Shown in pieces: positions 1 through 12,560 of a DNA stretch of 64,000 nt. A model generated the notes under the pieces. The model was not told the origin of the DNA, searched no databases, and saw only the letters and a list, made by a program, of their open reading frames with translations. A program made the translations under genes and the position numbers. Within the stretch, counting starts at the first letter, position 1, and the number at the start of each line of letters is the position of its first letter. The DNA comes from Octopus sinensis. Its lineage: Eukaryota. The stretch spans positions 27,094,001-27,158,000 of the forward strand of contig NC_043006.1 in NCBI RefSeq assembly GCF_006345805.1. The letters are read 5' to 3'.

Positions 1-209
1 GTTGATATGTGCCGTTCAAAAGGAAAAGATCCCAATAAAATGCTATACTTTAGAATTTCTGTAAACATTTGGGGATTCCAGCAAGTTGTTCCTTAACAGA
101 CCCTTCCGTTTTGTACTGGAAATCAAACGAACATTGGGGGTGGGATTAGGTTTTTACTGCAATTTTGATTTTGAGACAAAATATTTTTTTTTTTACAAAT
201 GTTCACTAC

Positions 210-317
210 CTCACAAAAACTAAACCAGCTAAGCAAATAGCTTTCCCTAAATGCATTAAAAGCATTGTTTCAGAAAATTGTTGCCCATTTCTTTGAACAT
301 GTAAAAAACAAATTTAG
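210..317 (-). other. Second candidate exon of the divergent transcript
   Basis: On the minus strand: acceptor tattttgccacag|CT and donor GTGAG|gtagtg. One frame reads MLLMHLGKAICLAGLVFV, open into the donor. Confidence 0.35.
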
Positions 318-667
318 CTGTGGCAAAATAAGTAAGTACAAGATAAAGTAAATTTGCGGTTTCAGTTCTCCAGAAAACAGACTCATACACATCAACATCC
401 TTCCCTAAGACATCAGAAAGATCAGATATGTAAAAAAAAAATGTAATATCTGGGTCAAATGAAAGAGGATCAAGGAAAAAATGGCATGTAACGAAATTAA
501 TGAAACTCGACTATATATATATATATATTATATATATATATTATATATATATATATATTTATATAAATTAGGATAAGATCGTTAATTTAAATATCGATCT
601 CAAGTGGCTAGGATGGGAATAAAAACCTTCAAAGGTAATAATTATATATATATATATATATATATAT

Positions 668-3343
668 GAGGGAGGAGGAGCTACAGACGTTGGACATAGA
701 AGGTAGCTGGAAATTCCTACGGGACAGCTTGCTGAGTGCCACAGACCAAGTCTGTGGATGGTGCAAAGTCCCTTCCAGACCTAGAGTTACGTGGTGGTAG
801 ATAGTGCCATTAGTGCAAAGAAACAGGCCTGGAAAGCCTGGAGGGATGGGGGTAGCAGGGAACTGTACCAAGTAGCTAAAAGGGAGGCTGGGCGGCAGGT
901 ATATAGCCAAAGATGTAGCAGAAAAGAAGAAGTTTGCCAATGTCCAGCGACGTGAGGACCAAAGAACTGAGGTATTTCGGATTGCTAGACAGTGTGTGAG
1001 AGAAAATAGTGATGTTACAGGAGAGAAATGTGTTCGCATGGATGATGGGGCACTTGCTTTTAATGTTGGTGAAAAGAAAGAGGCTTGGAGAAGCCATTAT
1101 GAAAGACTGCTGAATGTGGAGAATGAATGGGAGGAGGAGAGCCTGCCAAATGTTGACCCAGTAGAGGGACAAGCTATCCGAATAGACAGCTCCCTTGTAG
1201 TTAAGGCAATTAAGGGTATGAAACCAGGTAAAGCCCCCGGCCCATCAGGAATCACGGCTGAGATGCTTAAAACAGCTGGTTATGTGGGCTATGGCCTAGT
1301 CACCCGCATTGTAAACCAGGTAGTTCATAATGGAGTCATACCCAATGACTGGTGTAGCAGCACCAAGTCAACTGCTACAAGGGTAAGGGTGATGCTCTAG
1401 ACAGAAATAACTACAGGGGTATTAAACTGTTGGATCAGGTGATGAAGGTCACACAGAGGGTCATAACCCATCTCATTAGGTAGAGAATTTGCTTAGATGA
1501 GTTCGGTTTTGTGCCGGGTAGAAGCACCACTGATGCTATATTCCTGGTCCGACAACTGCAGGAGAAGTACCTAGCTAAAGATAAACCCCTCTACATAGCT
1601 TTTGTGGACTTGGAGAAAGCCTTTGACAGGGTCCCCCGATCCCTTATCTGGTGGTCGATGCGGAAACTGGAGATTGACGAATGGCTAATAAGGGCTGTAC
1701 AGGCCTTATACAGAGAGGCTGTCAGCAAGGTGAGGATTGGCAACGAATATAGTGAAGAATTCCGGGTAGAAGTAGGTGTAGACCAAGGTTCAGCCCTCAG
1801 TCCCCTTTTATTCCTCATAGTCCTCCAGGCAATAATAGAGGAATTCAAAACAGGTTGCCCCTGGGAGCTCCTCTATGCTGATGACCTGGCCCTCATAGCA
1901 GAATCATTACCGGAACTAGAAAAGAAATTTCGGGTGTGGAAGCAAGGGTTAGAATCAAAGGGCCTTAGAGTAAATGTAGCAAAGACCAAAGTTATAGTAA
2001 GCAGAAAGGCGAACTCAGCACACACCCCAAAGGGCAGGTGGCCCTGCTTGATCTGTAGGAAAGACGTAGGTAGAAACTCCATAAGATGCACCCAGTGTAA
2101 GCTATGGACGCATAAGAGGTGCAGCAACATCAAAGGGAAATTAACTGATAAGATAACTTTCATGTGCGGCAGATGCACAGGGACAATAGACACCACAAAT
2201 ACTCAGAAAACAGATTCCATCACACTCCAGGAGGAGAAACTATAAGTAGTCACTAGTTTCTGCTACCTGGGTGACCAAGTTAGTAGTGGAGGTGGATGCT
2301 CAGAGAGTGTCACCACTAGAATACGAATAGCCTGGGCAAAGTTTAGAAAGCTCCTACCCCTACTGGCGACAAAGGGTCTCTCACTCAGAGTGAAGGGTAG
2401 ATTGTATGATGCATGTGTGCGAACTGCCATGCTTCACGGTAGTGAAACATGGGCTGTGACTGCAGAGGACATGTGTAGACTTGAAAAAAATGAAGCTAGC
2501 ATGATCCGCTGGATGTGTAATGTCAGTGTGCACGCACGACAGAGTATAAGCACTCTGAGAGAAATGCTGGACATAAGAAGCATCAAATGTGGTGTGCAAG
2601 ACCGACGCTTGCGATGGTATGGTCATGTACTGCAGATGGATGAGGAGAGATGTGTGAAGTGCCGCTCCCAAACAGTTGAAGGAATCAGGGGGAGAGGTAG
2701 ACCCAGGAAGACATGGGATGAGGTAGTCAAGCATGACCTCAGAGCGTTGGGCCTCACTGAGGCAATGGCGAAGGACCGAGATCTCTGGAGATATGCTGTG
2801 ACTGCAAAGACCCGGGCTGCTTCCTGTACCAGTTCCGCATAGCCCCTGCCCATTCAAAGTACCTTGGATCCCAGAACATCCCGCTGTGCTTGAGGAGACC
2901 TGTTGAGTCAAGTACATGAACATCGAAATAAATATCAATGGAAATAGTAGTTGTGATACCTGTGCCGGTGGCACATAAAAAGCACCATCCGAACGTGGCC
3001 GTTGCCAGTGCCGCCTCGACTGGCTTCTGGGCCGGTGGCACATAAAAAGCACCATTTGAACGTGGTCGATGCCAGCGCCGCCTTGGCTGGCTTCCGTGCC
3101 GGTGGCACGTTAAAAGCACCAACCGATCGTGGCCGATACTAGACTCCCCTGGCGCCTGTGCCGGTGGCACGTAAAAAGCACCCACTACACTCGCGGAGTG
3201 GTTGGCGTTAGGAAGGGCATCCAGCCGTAGAAACACTGGCAGATCAGACTGGAGCCTGGTGCAGCCCCTGGCTTCCCAGACCCCGGTCGAACCGTCCAAC
3301 CCGTGCTAGCGAGGAAAACGGACGTTAAACGATGATGATGATG
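668..3343 (+). mobile_element. RTE-clade LINE, 5'-truncated and decayed
   Basis: ORF pieces 996-1400, 1511-2245 and 2390-2842 contain RT motifs (FVDLEKAFDRV, QGSALSP, LYADD). The 3' UTR has tandem repeats and a (GAT)n tail; there are stops and frameshifts. Confidence 0.95.
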
Positions 3344-3424
3344 ATATATATAAAACTCAACATAAAATATTTATATCTTCTTCATGATCTGCTGGAGTGT
3401 CCACTTCGTGATATATTCACTCAC

Positions 3425-3519
3425 CGTGTAGTTTAAGAGAAGAAATTATTGAAATTAGGCATTCATTTTACCCCATTTTAGACCTTATTTCTGAAACTTG
3501 AAAATGATCAAATTAGATC
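3425..3519 (-). other. Candidate exon of a divergent transcript (probably 5' UTR)
   Basis: On the minus strand: acceptor ttttatccccctgcag|GATC and donor CACG|gtgagt. Its internal ATGs are followed by early stops. Confidence 0.5.
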
Positions 3520-3539
3520 CTGCAGGGGGATAAAAATAG

Positions 3540-3910
3540 ACTGGACAATAGAGAGAATGCAACATGTCCAGATGGTCGCACTGCACCACATACAATTTAT
3601 CGCAGCAGTGCGCAGTTAGGTAGAGACACGATATAAAACTGGAAAGACGCATCTGTATGTAGGTCGCGTCTTGTTACGCCGACAGGCTACGTGAATATTT
3701 TAAGACTGCTGCAATTCAGGTGAAACGAAACTAGGCAAGAATGATCAAGGGAGGCTACTCTCATCACACGCAAGAGTTACATAATTCGGCGGGAATTACA
3801 ATGTTTTGTAGTTTGAAAAGTTTCTTATTTCAAAGAACTCGAAGATTCTATGTAGACAATATTATTATAGATTTAATTTGAAAATAACTTAATTTGATTT
3901 AGTTTCTAGC
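3540..3910. promoter_or_regulatory. Probable (bidirectional) promoter of BRCA1
   Basis: Locally CpG-rich single-copy-looking segment just upstream of the ATG. E2F-type GGCGGGAA at 3788-3795; TTTGAA/TTCAAA at 3812, 3829 and 3877. Confidence 0.6.
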
Positions 3911-3969
3911 TGCTCTAAGAAAAAAAAAATTGAAACTTCTTTGCGACATTCACATTTTACCCTTCCGCA

Positions 3970-4034
3970 ATGAGCCAGCAAAAGATTCAGAAAATTCTAA
4001 ACAGTATGAAGAAGAATATGGACTGTCCAATTTG
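3970..4034 (+). CDS. BRCA1: BRCA1 coding exon 1 (start; RING C1-C2)
   Basis: ATG 3970 reads MSQQKIQKILNSMKKNMDCPI-C, matching human VQNVINAMQKILECPIC. Donor TG|GTGAG at 4035, phase 2, the same intron position as human. Confidence 0.95.
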
Positions 4035-4234
4035 GTGAGCCACCTTTACACACAAGTATATTTACAGACATGCACATATATATATATATATGGTTAAACT
4101 AAAGGGTTTAACGCTTTAGTTTGACCATATATATATATAATATCATATTTGAGGACGGTCTTTTTTCCCAAATAAACACTAGCACTATATATTGTTCTTC
4201 ATTCGTTTATTATTGTTTATATTACATGTTCATT

Positions 4235-4278
4235 GTCTGGAAATCTTTCGTCACGCATCTGTGACATCTTCAGCGAAC
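4235..4278 (-). ncRNA. Minimal hammerhead-like motif
   Basis: Minus strand: GTTCG-CTGAAGAT-GTCAC agatgc GTGAC-GAAA-GATT-TC-CAGAC. Perfect 5-bp stem II, one mismatch in stem I. Confidence 0.6.
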
Positions 4279-4368
4279 TTCTATCCTCCTGTTCCTCTTA
4301 GTTCAGTTGTTCCCAACCCTTTTATTTAAATGACTTTTCTCACGGACCCCTTTTAATATGTTTATCCT

Positions 4369-4463
<95 letters not shown>

Positions 4464-5049
4464 ATATTGGTGTGTCTGGGGAGAGTCATTCTCTTCTAGT
4501 GCCTTATAATTTAACCCACTCAGCGGTATAATTTCCACTTGTTTCCTTCTTTATTTTTCTAAAATTTTCGTTGTGTCCTGCAACCTTTTCAATTATCTGC
4601 ATCAACTTGCTATAAGAGCAAGTAGTAAGTTCACCTTGAGTTTATTCTTAGTGCAAGTGTTGAAGAGTGGAGGGTCACTTTATAGTTTCACACCAGAATC
4701 GATTTCAGTTTTAAATAATTTTCTCCCCCGTTCTTTTGTGTGTGTGTGTGCAATCGTCTTAGTTGACCTCGTAAGCTGTCGGAAATGCATTCTTTCCGCG
4801 GAAAACGGAGGGGGTGGGGCTAGAGAAATTCCTCGGAAATTCCCCTTTCCGATCCTGTCTCCTGTGTATTTTTTTCATTACAATCGTCTTAATTGACCTC
4901 AATGTGTGGGAAATGCATTTTGCCTGTAGAAAACTGAGTGGGTGGGGTTGGGGCTGTAATAAGAGACTTGCCGAAGTACTATGCAGTGGTACTGAACCCA
5001 GAACCATGTGGTTGGGAAGCAAATACATATGAGGAAACAGTAAAAGTGT

Positions 5050-5430
5050 GTGAAATACCTGCTCCCCCCCCCCAATTTTTTCTCAACAAATTCTGATATA
5101 ATCTTAATCATCACCATCTGACTAGTATCTGCAGAAATTTTCATAGAAATACCTAATTTTTACCAGTTGTGGGAAAACAAAGCCAATACATGAATTTTCT
5201 AAAACTCCTTTCCCTACCCTCGAGAAAAATGTTTTCCCAACAAATTCTTTTGTAATGTATTTGTATAAAATTTCATTAAAGACACCCATTTTCCTCAAAG
5301 TTATGAGGAAAAATAATTGGGTTGTGTGAATTTTTTGAAACTCCTCTTCCCACCCCTTGGAAAAATGTTTCCAACAAATTCCTATATATTTGGAATTCAC
5401 AGCAAGGGATTTGTTGAAAATTTCCCAAAA
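5050..5430. repeat. Degenerate tandem repeat, about 140-bp period
   Basis: Recurring cccacccc..gaaaaatgtttcccaacaaattc blocks near 5065, 5211 and 5349. Confidence 0.6.
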
Positions 5431-6284
5431 AAGTATTCCTTTTTCTGAAAGTTAAGAGGAAAAAAGTCGTGGGACACACACTTCTATAGGAATGCCATTC
5501 AAACCAGTGAAGCCAATGCCATTAGTTTTGCTCTTGAGCCATTTGAAGTCAGCATCTGCAGGAAAGGCTTGAGCAGCAAGTGAATTCTGGAGTGCGATGT
5601 TTTGGGAAAGAAGCACTGAGTATAGTGGTTAGTGTAAGGTCTGATGGAGTTGGACACAATATGGGGGATTAGAGACAAGTTGGTAGAAATAACATGAATC
5701 CAAGCAACTGCAGGAGGTCATTGCAGTTGCAGCAGAATAGGCAGGTAGGAGACAGCATATAAGTGACGATTATCCTAAGACTTACATACTTAATTCAAAC
5801 ATATTGGAATTGAAAATAAGTGTTTATTGCTTGCTCATATATAGATTTGCTTGGACTTTTTGTTTCCTTGTAGCTTTCTTTAAAAAGTAAATGCATATAT
5901 TTAATGAAATTTTGTAGAAATCTATTTTGAAATGTGTAGATGATGAAATTTGATGATTCTTATTAAAAATACTATTTTTCAAAAGTGTAATAGTTCATTT
6001 ATATTTACTATTCCCAGCATGTTAGGATGGCTGCGTGTGTTTCATACATGGAGTAAATAACAGATAAAATAACTACAGACAAGTTTTTTTCACTATAACT
6101 TGCTTATGGACAATAAATTTTGATTATTTAGTCCCAGGTTACCCTTGGCGGAACAAATCTATGATTGAAAACACTCCTACTGGGTCTTTCCCATTTTGAC
6201 TTCTATTTTTGTAGTTTATATAATCTATGAAGAGATTTTTCAGAGAATTTAATGTTGCAGAACAGAAAGCTGGATCACAGGTCT

Positions 6285-7262
6285 TGATCTCCTGTCATTG
6301 CCTCTGTGAAGTCCAATGTTTGAAGGTCTTGCTTCACCACCTCATCCCATGTCTTCCTGGGTCTACCTTTTCCACCGGTTACTTCCACAGTTAGGGTGTG
6401 GCATTTTCTCATGACCATACCAGGACAGTTGTCTCTCTTGCACACTACATTTGATGCTTCTTATGTCCAACTTTTCTCTCAGGGCACTCACACTCTGTCA
6501 TGTAGCCACACTGACATTACACATTCAGTGGATTACATTAGGTTCATTTCTTTCAAGCCTATGCATGCCCTCAGCAGTCATGGCCCATGTTTTATTGCCA
6601 CATAGCGTGGAAGTTTGCACACATGCATCATACAGTCTACCTTTTATCCAGAGTGAGAGGCTATTAGTTGCTAGCAGAAATAGGAGCTCCCTGAACTCTG
6701 CCCAGCCTATTCTTATTCTAGCCGCTACACTCTCAGAGCAACCACTCCCACTACAGACTTGGTTGCCAAGGTGGCGGAAGCTACCAACTACTTCTAGTTT
6801 TTCCCCTGGCATGTGATGGAATCTGTTTACTGTACATCTTCAGTGTTTATTGCCCCTGTGCATCTGCCACACACAAAAACTATCTTCCTGGTTAACCTTC
6901 CTTTGATATTGCTGCACCCTTTATGTGTCCATAGCTTACACCATGTCACGCCTTTTCTACAGATCTAGCAGGGCCATCTACCTGAATTGTGATTTGTCAG
7001 TTTTTCTACTTATTAAGAGTTTGGTTTTTGCTAGGTGAGCCCTAAGGCCCTTAGATTCTAGACCTTGCTTCCACACCCTAAACTTCGTCTCTAGTTCTGG
7101 CAGTTATTCGGCTATTAGAACAAGGTCATCAGCATAGAGGAGCTCCCAGGGGCAACCTGTCTTGAATTCCTCTGTTATTGTCTGGAGGTCTATGATGAGT
7201 AAGAGGGGGCTGAGGACCAGAGCTCTATCAGTTTATACTAATTATCCCTGGCATCACATAGG
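6285..7262 (-). mobile_element. RTE LINE fragment (decayed RT C-terminus)
   Basis: Minus ORF 6525-6812 (GEKLEVVGSFRHLGNQV...GRLYDACV) is homologous to the RTE copies above. Confidence 0.9.
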
Positions 7263-7659
7263 CTTCATTTCTGACCTAAGTTCCTTCACATTCCTCGCAC
7301 AGGGTGATTACTCATATCCAGTCCCTCAAAGTGTTTACTCATAACTGCCTTGTAACTGTTTCAATATAAAAAAACAAAGCCTATAATGCCTGGAGGAGCC
7401 TACCCACTCACGAAAACTGGGTGGCAGCACAACTTTTGTAAAACCACTGTCTGGTGTACAAAGAATGCCTTTGTCCATCATACAGCCCTCAAGCTTTCCT
7501 GCCTGCCAAACTACAGTTAATCCTTCTGGTCCCCACTGTATTTGTATATAATATGCATCTATAATTGTGGGAATAAAGTCTTGGGACAATAACTCATGCC
7601 TGAGCTGTATGCACATTGCATCAAAGAAACATTTAGCAACCAATGTGCTAAAGAATTTA

Positions 7660-9470
7660 ATCATCATCATTTAACGTCCGTTGTCCATGCTGGCATGGGT
7701 TGGATGGTTTGACCAAGGCTGGTAAGCCAGAAGGCTGCACCAGACTCCATTCTGATTTGGCATGGTTTTCTACAACTGGGTGCCCTTCCTAATGCCAACC
7801 ACTCTGAGAGTGTAATGGGTGCTTTTACATGCCACTGACTTGAGTACCATTTGCATGACACTGGTATCTACCACGACTGCGATTTTCCTCAGCTTGATGG
7901 GTCTTTGTCTCAAGCATGACGTAATGCCCTGGTCATTTCCTCCGTGAGGCCCAACACTCGAAAGGAACTCAGCCATTTTGCCTCTGTGAGGTCCAACACT
8001 TGAAAGGAACTTGGCTTGATGGGTCTTTGTCTCAAGCATGACATAATGCCCTGGTCATTACCTCTGTGAGGCCCAACACTCAAAAGGAACTCAGCCACTT
8101 TACCTTTATGAAGCTGAATGCTTGAATGGAACTCAGCCACTTTGCCTTCGTGAGACCCAATTCTTGAATGGTGCTCTTTACAAGCCACCGGGATGGGTGC
8201 CAGTTACGCGACACCAACATCAGCTATGACTACAGTTTCACTTGGCTTGATGAGTCTTCTCAAGTACAGTATATCGCCAAAAGTCTCGGTCACTAGTCAT
8301 TGCCTCTGTGAGGCTCAAAGTTCAAAGATCATGCTTCACCACTTTGTGCCATGTTTTCCTAGGTCTACCTCTACCACAGGTTTCCTCCGTAGTTAGAGAT
8401 CGGCACTTCTTTACACAGCAGTCCTTGTCCATATGTATCACGTGACCATACCAGTGCATACTCTTGCACACCACATCTGATTCCTCTTATGCCTAACTTT
8501 TCTCTCAAGTTGCTTACACTCTGTCGAAGCATACTGGCTTCATTTCTTTCAAGCCCACACATGTCCTTGACTGTCACAGCCTGTGTTTTACTGCCATGTA
8601 GCATGGCTGTTCACACACAGGCATCATATAATGTCTTTCACTCTGAGAAAGAGTCCCTTTGTTGCCAGCAAAAGTAGGAGCTCTCTGAACTTTGCCAAGC
8701 CTAATCTTATCCTCATAGCTACGCTCTTGGAGCATCCACCTCCACTACTTACTTGGTCATCTAGATAACAGAAGCTATAAGCTACTTTTAGCTTGCACCC
8801 CTGGCAGTTGATGGAATCTATTTTCTGTACATTTTCAGCGTTTATTGTACCTGTGCATCTTCCACATTCAAAAGCTAGTTTCCCTGTTAACCTTGCCACA
8901 CCTATTATGTGTCCAAAGCTCGCATCTTATGGAGTTTCTACCTATGTCTTTTCTACAGATCAAGCAGATCAAGATTTGTCTGCCTTCCTACTTATTAAGA
9001 CTTTGGTTTTTTTGCTAGATTAACTCTAAGGCCCTTCGATTTTAGACCTTGCTTCCATACTTGGAACTTCTAGTTCTGGTAGTGATTGAGCTATAAGAGC
9101 AAAGTCATCAGAATAGAGGAGCTCCCAGGGGTAACTTGTCATAAATTCCTGTTATTGCCTGGTGGACTATGATGAACAAAGAGAGGTGTGAGCATCGATT
9201 CTTGGTGAACCCCTACTTGTACTGGGAATTCTTTGCTGTACTCATTGCCAGCCTTCACCTTACTTGTAGCATCCCTGTACATAGCTTGTACAGCTCTCAC
9301 CAACCACTTGTCTATCCCTAGTTTCCACATTGATCACCAGATAAGGGATCTGGTGAAAGGCTTTCTCCAACTCAATAAAGGCCAAGTGCAGAGGTTTATC
9401 TTTGGCTATGTATTTCTCCTGCAGCTGTCTTACCAGAAATATAGCATCAGTGGTGCTTCTCCCTGGCACA
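7660..9470 (-). mobile_element. RTE LINE copy (decayed) with internally duplicated 3' UTR
   Basis: Minus ORFs 9260-9469 (PGRSTTDAIFLVRQLQEK), 9139-9330, 8624-8899 and 8371-8604. Tail catcatcat at 7660; repeated aggcccaacactcgaaaggaact units at 7890-8170. Confidence 0.9.
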
Positions 9471-10511
9471 ATAAAATGTTAGTTATCAAAATAATGTTAT
9501 TGTTAAATACTTAGGATTCCTGACTCTCACCAAGGTGGCCTGGGTTTAATCCCTGGCATTGGAACTAACTCTTAGGTGCAGTCATGGTGGTGTGGTTAAG
9601 AATGTTGCTCATGTTCAGTCTCACAACATGACACCTTGGGCATGCTGACCAAAGCCTTGTGAGTGGACTTGTTTGATTGAAACTGAAAGAAACGTGATGT
9701 ATGTGTGTGTTCATGTCCCCTTGTCTCATAAACAAATTTGTTTGCAATCTTCTGTGAAATCATGAACGTCCATTGTGATGTTCATGTTTGAGGAACTAGA
9801 GGAATTACCTTGGAAACAGGTGAGATTTGGTGCTGGTAGGATGTCCAGTTCTAGAAAATATCTCTGATTTAATTTCATCTGACCTATGCAAGCATAGAAA
9901 AATGAATGTTAAAACAATGATGATGATGCTGATACATTGTGTACATAATTTTGTCACACTGTCTACAGAACATCAGTCATGTATAATATGCACTGATTTT
10001 TCATTAATTTATATATATATATATATATGGATAAAGGAGCATTTTTTTCCCAAATTTATTGCTATTGCTTACAACTATTACATGATGTCAGAGACAGTAA
10101 GATACATTCACACACACAAGCATGCACACATACATATTCTCTCTTTCACTCTCTCTCACACACACACACTATCTCTCTTATCAGTTTCTTTCAGTTTCCA
10201 TCTACCAAATCCACTCACAAGGCTTTGGTTGGTCTGAGGCAATACTAGAAGACACTTGCCCAAGGTGCCACAGATTGGAACTGAACCCAGAACCCTGTGG
10301 TTGTGCAGCAAACTTCTTAACATACAGTCACACCTGCACTGTGTAGTAAGATGTTTGCTTAAAGAGAACCTTAATACTATCAGTTCTCTTTTTATAATGA
10401 TGTCCTTCATTTAAATGTAATGTATATCTATGCATTAAAAAAACAAAGTTTTCTCATTTAATCTAAGTCTCATTTAAAGGCTCATTGCTGTTGTTTTTGT
10501 TTTGATTTTAG

Positions 10512-10565
10512 TTTGGATTTAATGACCAACCCAGTTTCTACAACATGTAATCATCACTTCTGCAA
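10512..10565 (+). CDS. BRCA1: BRCA1 coding exon 2 (RING)
   Basis: ttttag|T...AA|gtaagt, 54 nt, (C)LDLMTNPVSTTCNHHFC(K) versus human LELIKEPVSTKCDHIFCK. Same length as human exon 3. Confidence 0.96.
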
Positions 10566-10657
10566 GTAAGTATTATGCCTTTTAATGATCATTTCTTGAC
10601 ACTCATATAAAATCTGAATATATCTTTAATAAAGAATTTATTTGCTGTATCCTTGTC

Positions 10658-10704
<47 letters not shown>

Positions 10705-10705
10705 C

Positions 10706-11113
10706 ATGGGTGACCTGCTGTGCTTGAGGAGACCTATTGCGTCAAGTACATCAACATCGACATCAAAAATCAAATGGAAATTGTAGTTGTGATACCTGTG
10801 CCGGTGGCATGTAAAAAGCACCATCCGAACGTGGCCAATGCCAGCGCCGCCTTGACTGGCTTCCGTGCTTGTGACACGTAAAAAGCACAAACCAATCGTG
10901 GATGTTGCCAGCCTCCCCTGACAACTGTGCCGGTGGCACGTAAAAAGCATCCACTACACTCATGGAGTGGTTGGCTTTAGGAAGGGCATCCAGCTGTAGA
11001 AACACTGCCAGATCAGACTAGAGCTTGGTGCAGCCTCCTGGCTTCCCAGACCCCGGTCGAACTGTCCAACCCATGCTAGCATGGAAAACAGACGTTAAAC
11101 AATGATGATGATG
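10706..11113 (+). mobile_element. RTE 3'-tail fragment (short non-autonomous copy)
   Basis: Matches 2880-3343 and ends in atgatgatgatg. Confidence 0.9.
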
Positions 11114-11190
11114 ATATATATATGTATGTATAAAACTTACTTGGAAGAAGATGCGTGGCGTTCAATCATATAATAATATAAGTAATATAT

Positions 11191-11455
11191 CATCATCATC
11201 ATCATCATCGTTTAACGTCCGTTTTTCGCGCTAGCACGGGTTGGACGGTTCGACCGGGGTCTGGGGAGCCAGGGGCTGCCCCAGGCTCCAGTCTGATCTG
11301 GCAGTGTTTCTACAGCTGGATGCCCTTCCTAACGTCAACCACTCCGCGAGTGTAGTGGGTGCTTTTTACGTGCCACCTGCACAGGTGCCAGAAGAGTCTG
11401 GCATCGGCCACGATCGGTTGGTGCTTTTTTTATGTGCTACCGGCACACAAAAAAC
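11191..11455 (-). mobile_element. RTE 3'-tail fragment
   Basis: Reverse complement of 3160-3343. Confidence 0.9.
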
Positions 11456-11540
11456 TTAATTCTACTCTTGGGTGCTATAAAAGAAACAATGGTGTTTAGT
11501 GGTTATTATTAAGGTTATATGTCATTCAATGTGTGTATAT

Positions 11541-11688
11541 AAGAAAAAGAGGACAAAGGAATAAATGCATATCTTATGAACTTCATTAGCTTACGGCTGT
11601 TTCCACTCTAAGATGTGGTGGACTTATAGTTGAGAGCTAAATGAAGTGCATAAGATAATCATTTATTCCTCTGTCATCTCTTTTCTTA
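11541..11688. repeat. Imperfect inverted repeat, about 50-bp arms with 43-nt core
   Basis: aagaaaaagaggacaaaggaataaatgcatatcttatgaacttcattagct versus the reverse complement of 11635-11688. Confidence 0.8.
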
Positions 11689-12440
11689 TTGCTGCCCTGT
11701 ACTTGACTAATGCTTTGTTTAGAGGCATACATATATTGAGTTCTACACCAGGTTATTAGTATTGCAATGCCTAAGTGACATATATATATTTCATTTAGGC
11801 ATTATGATACTAATAACCTAATACATATATATACATATATATATAGTGTTTACATGAGTAGAGACATTTGTAAGTCATTAACCCTTTTGCAATCAGATTG
11901 CAAATATATATACATTTATACATATATATATGTACATACTTATACCATGTGAGCAAGGAAGGAGGAGTGACAGTAATAGGCAAGAATAGTGGGAGAAGAG
12001 GAAGTAAAAGAATAAGAGAGAGAAAGAAAGAAAAACGAAAGAGTAAAAAGATCATATAGAGTGCGCATCAGAATTGTTAAGATAAAACTTACTTGGAAGA
12101 GGATGCATAGCATTCAATCATATAATCTTATTAAACTTCTAATACTTTTTGATAGTTTATAAAAAAAAATAAATAAATAAATATGAAAATATAAAAAAAA
12201 AAATAAAATAAAAAAATAAATAATTAAATAAAATATAAAAAAATATATATATTTGTAATTTATAAGTTTAAATTATTAATTTAAATAATTTTTAAAAATT
12301 TTAACTTTAATTTAAATATTTTAATTGGATTTTTATATTTTATATTTTTTATATATTTTTTAATTAATTTTATTGGCTTATGTATTGGCTTATGATTTTC
12401 ACTGTTTGATTTGCCTAATAGTGGTTTTATCTCTAATTTA

Positions 12441-12481
<41 letters not shown>

Positions 12482-12560
12482 GAGTGTAGAAATTCGGGGT
12501 GAGTACTTGATAATTATAAGCACCTGTGTATACCGTTTGGTGGTGTAGGTGGTGGAGTAA

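Noticed and set aside
2964-3185. Constant repeat with variable spacers resembling a CRISPR array
   Set aside because: The spacers are homologous to one another, the array lies in a LINE 3' UTR in eukaryotic DNA, and there are no cas genes.
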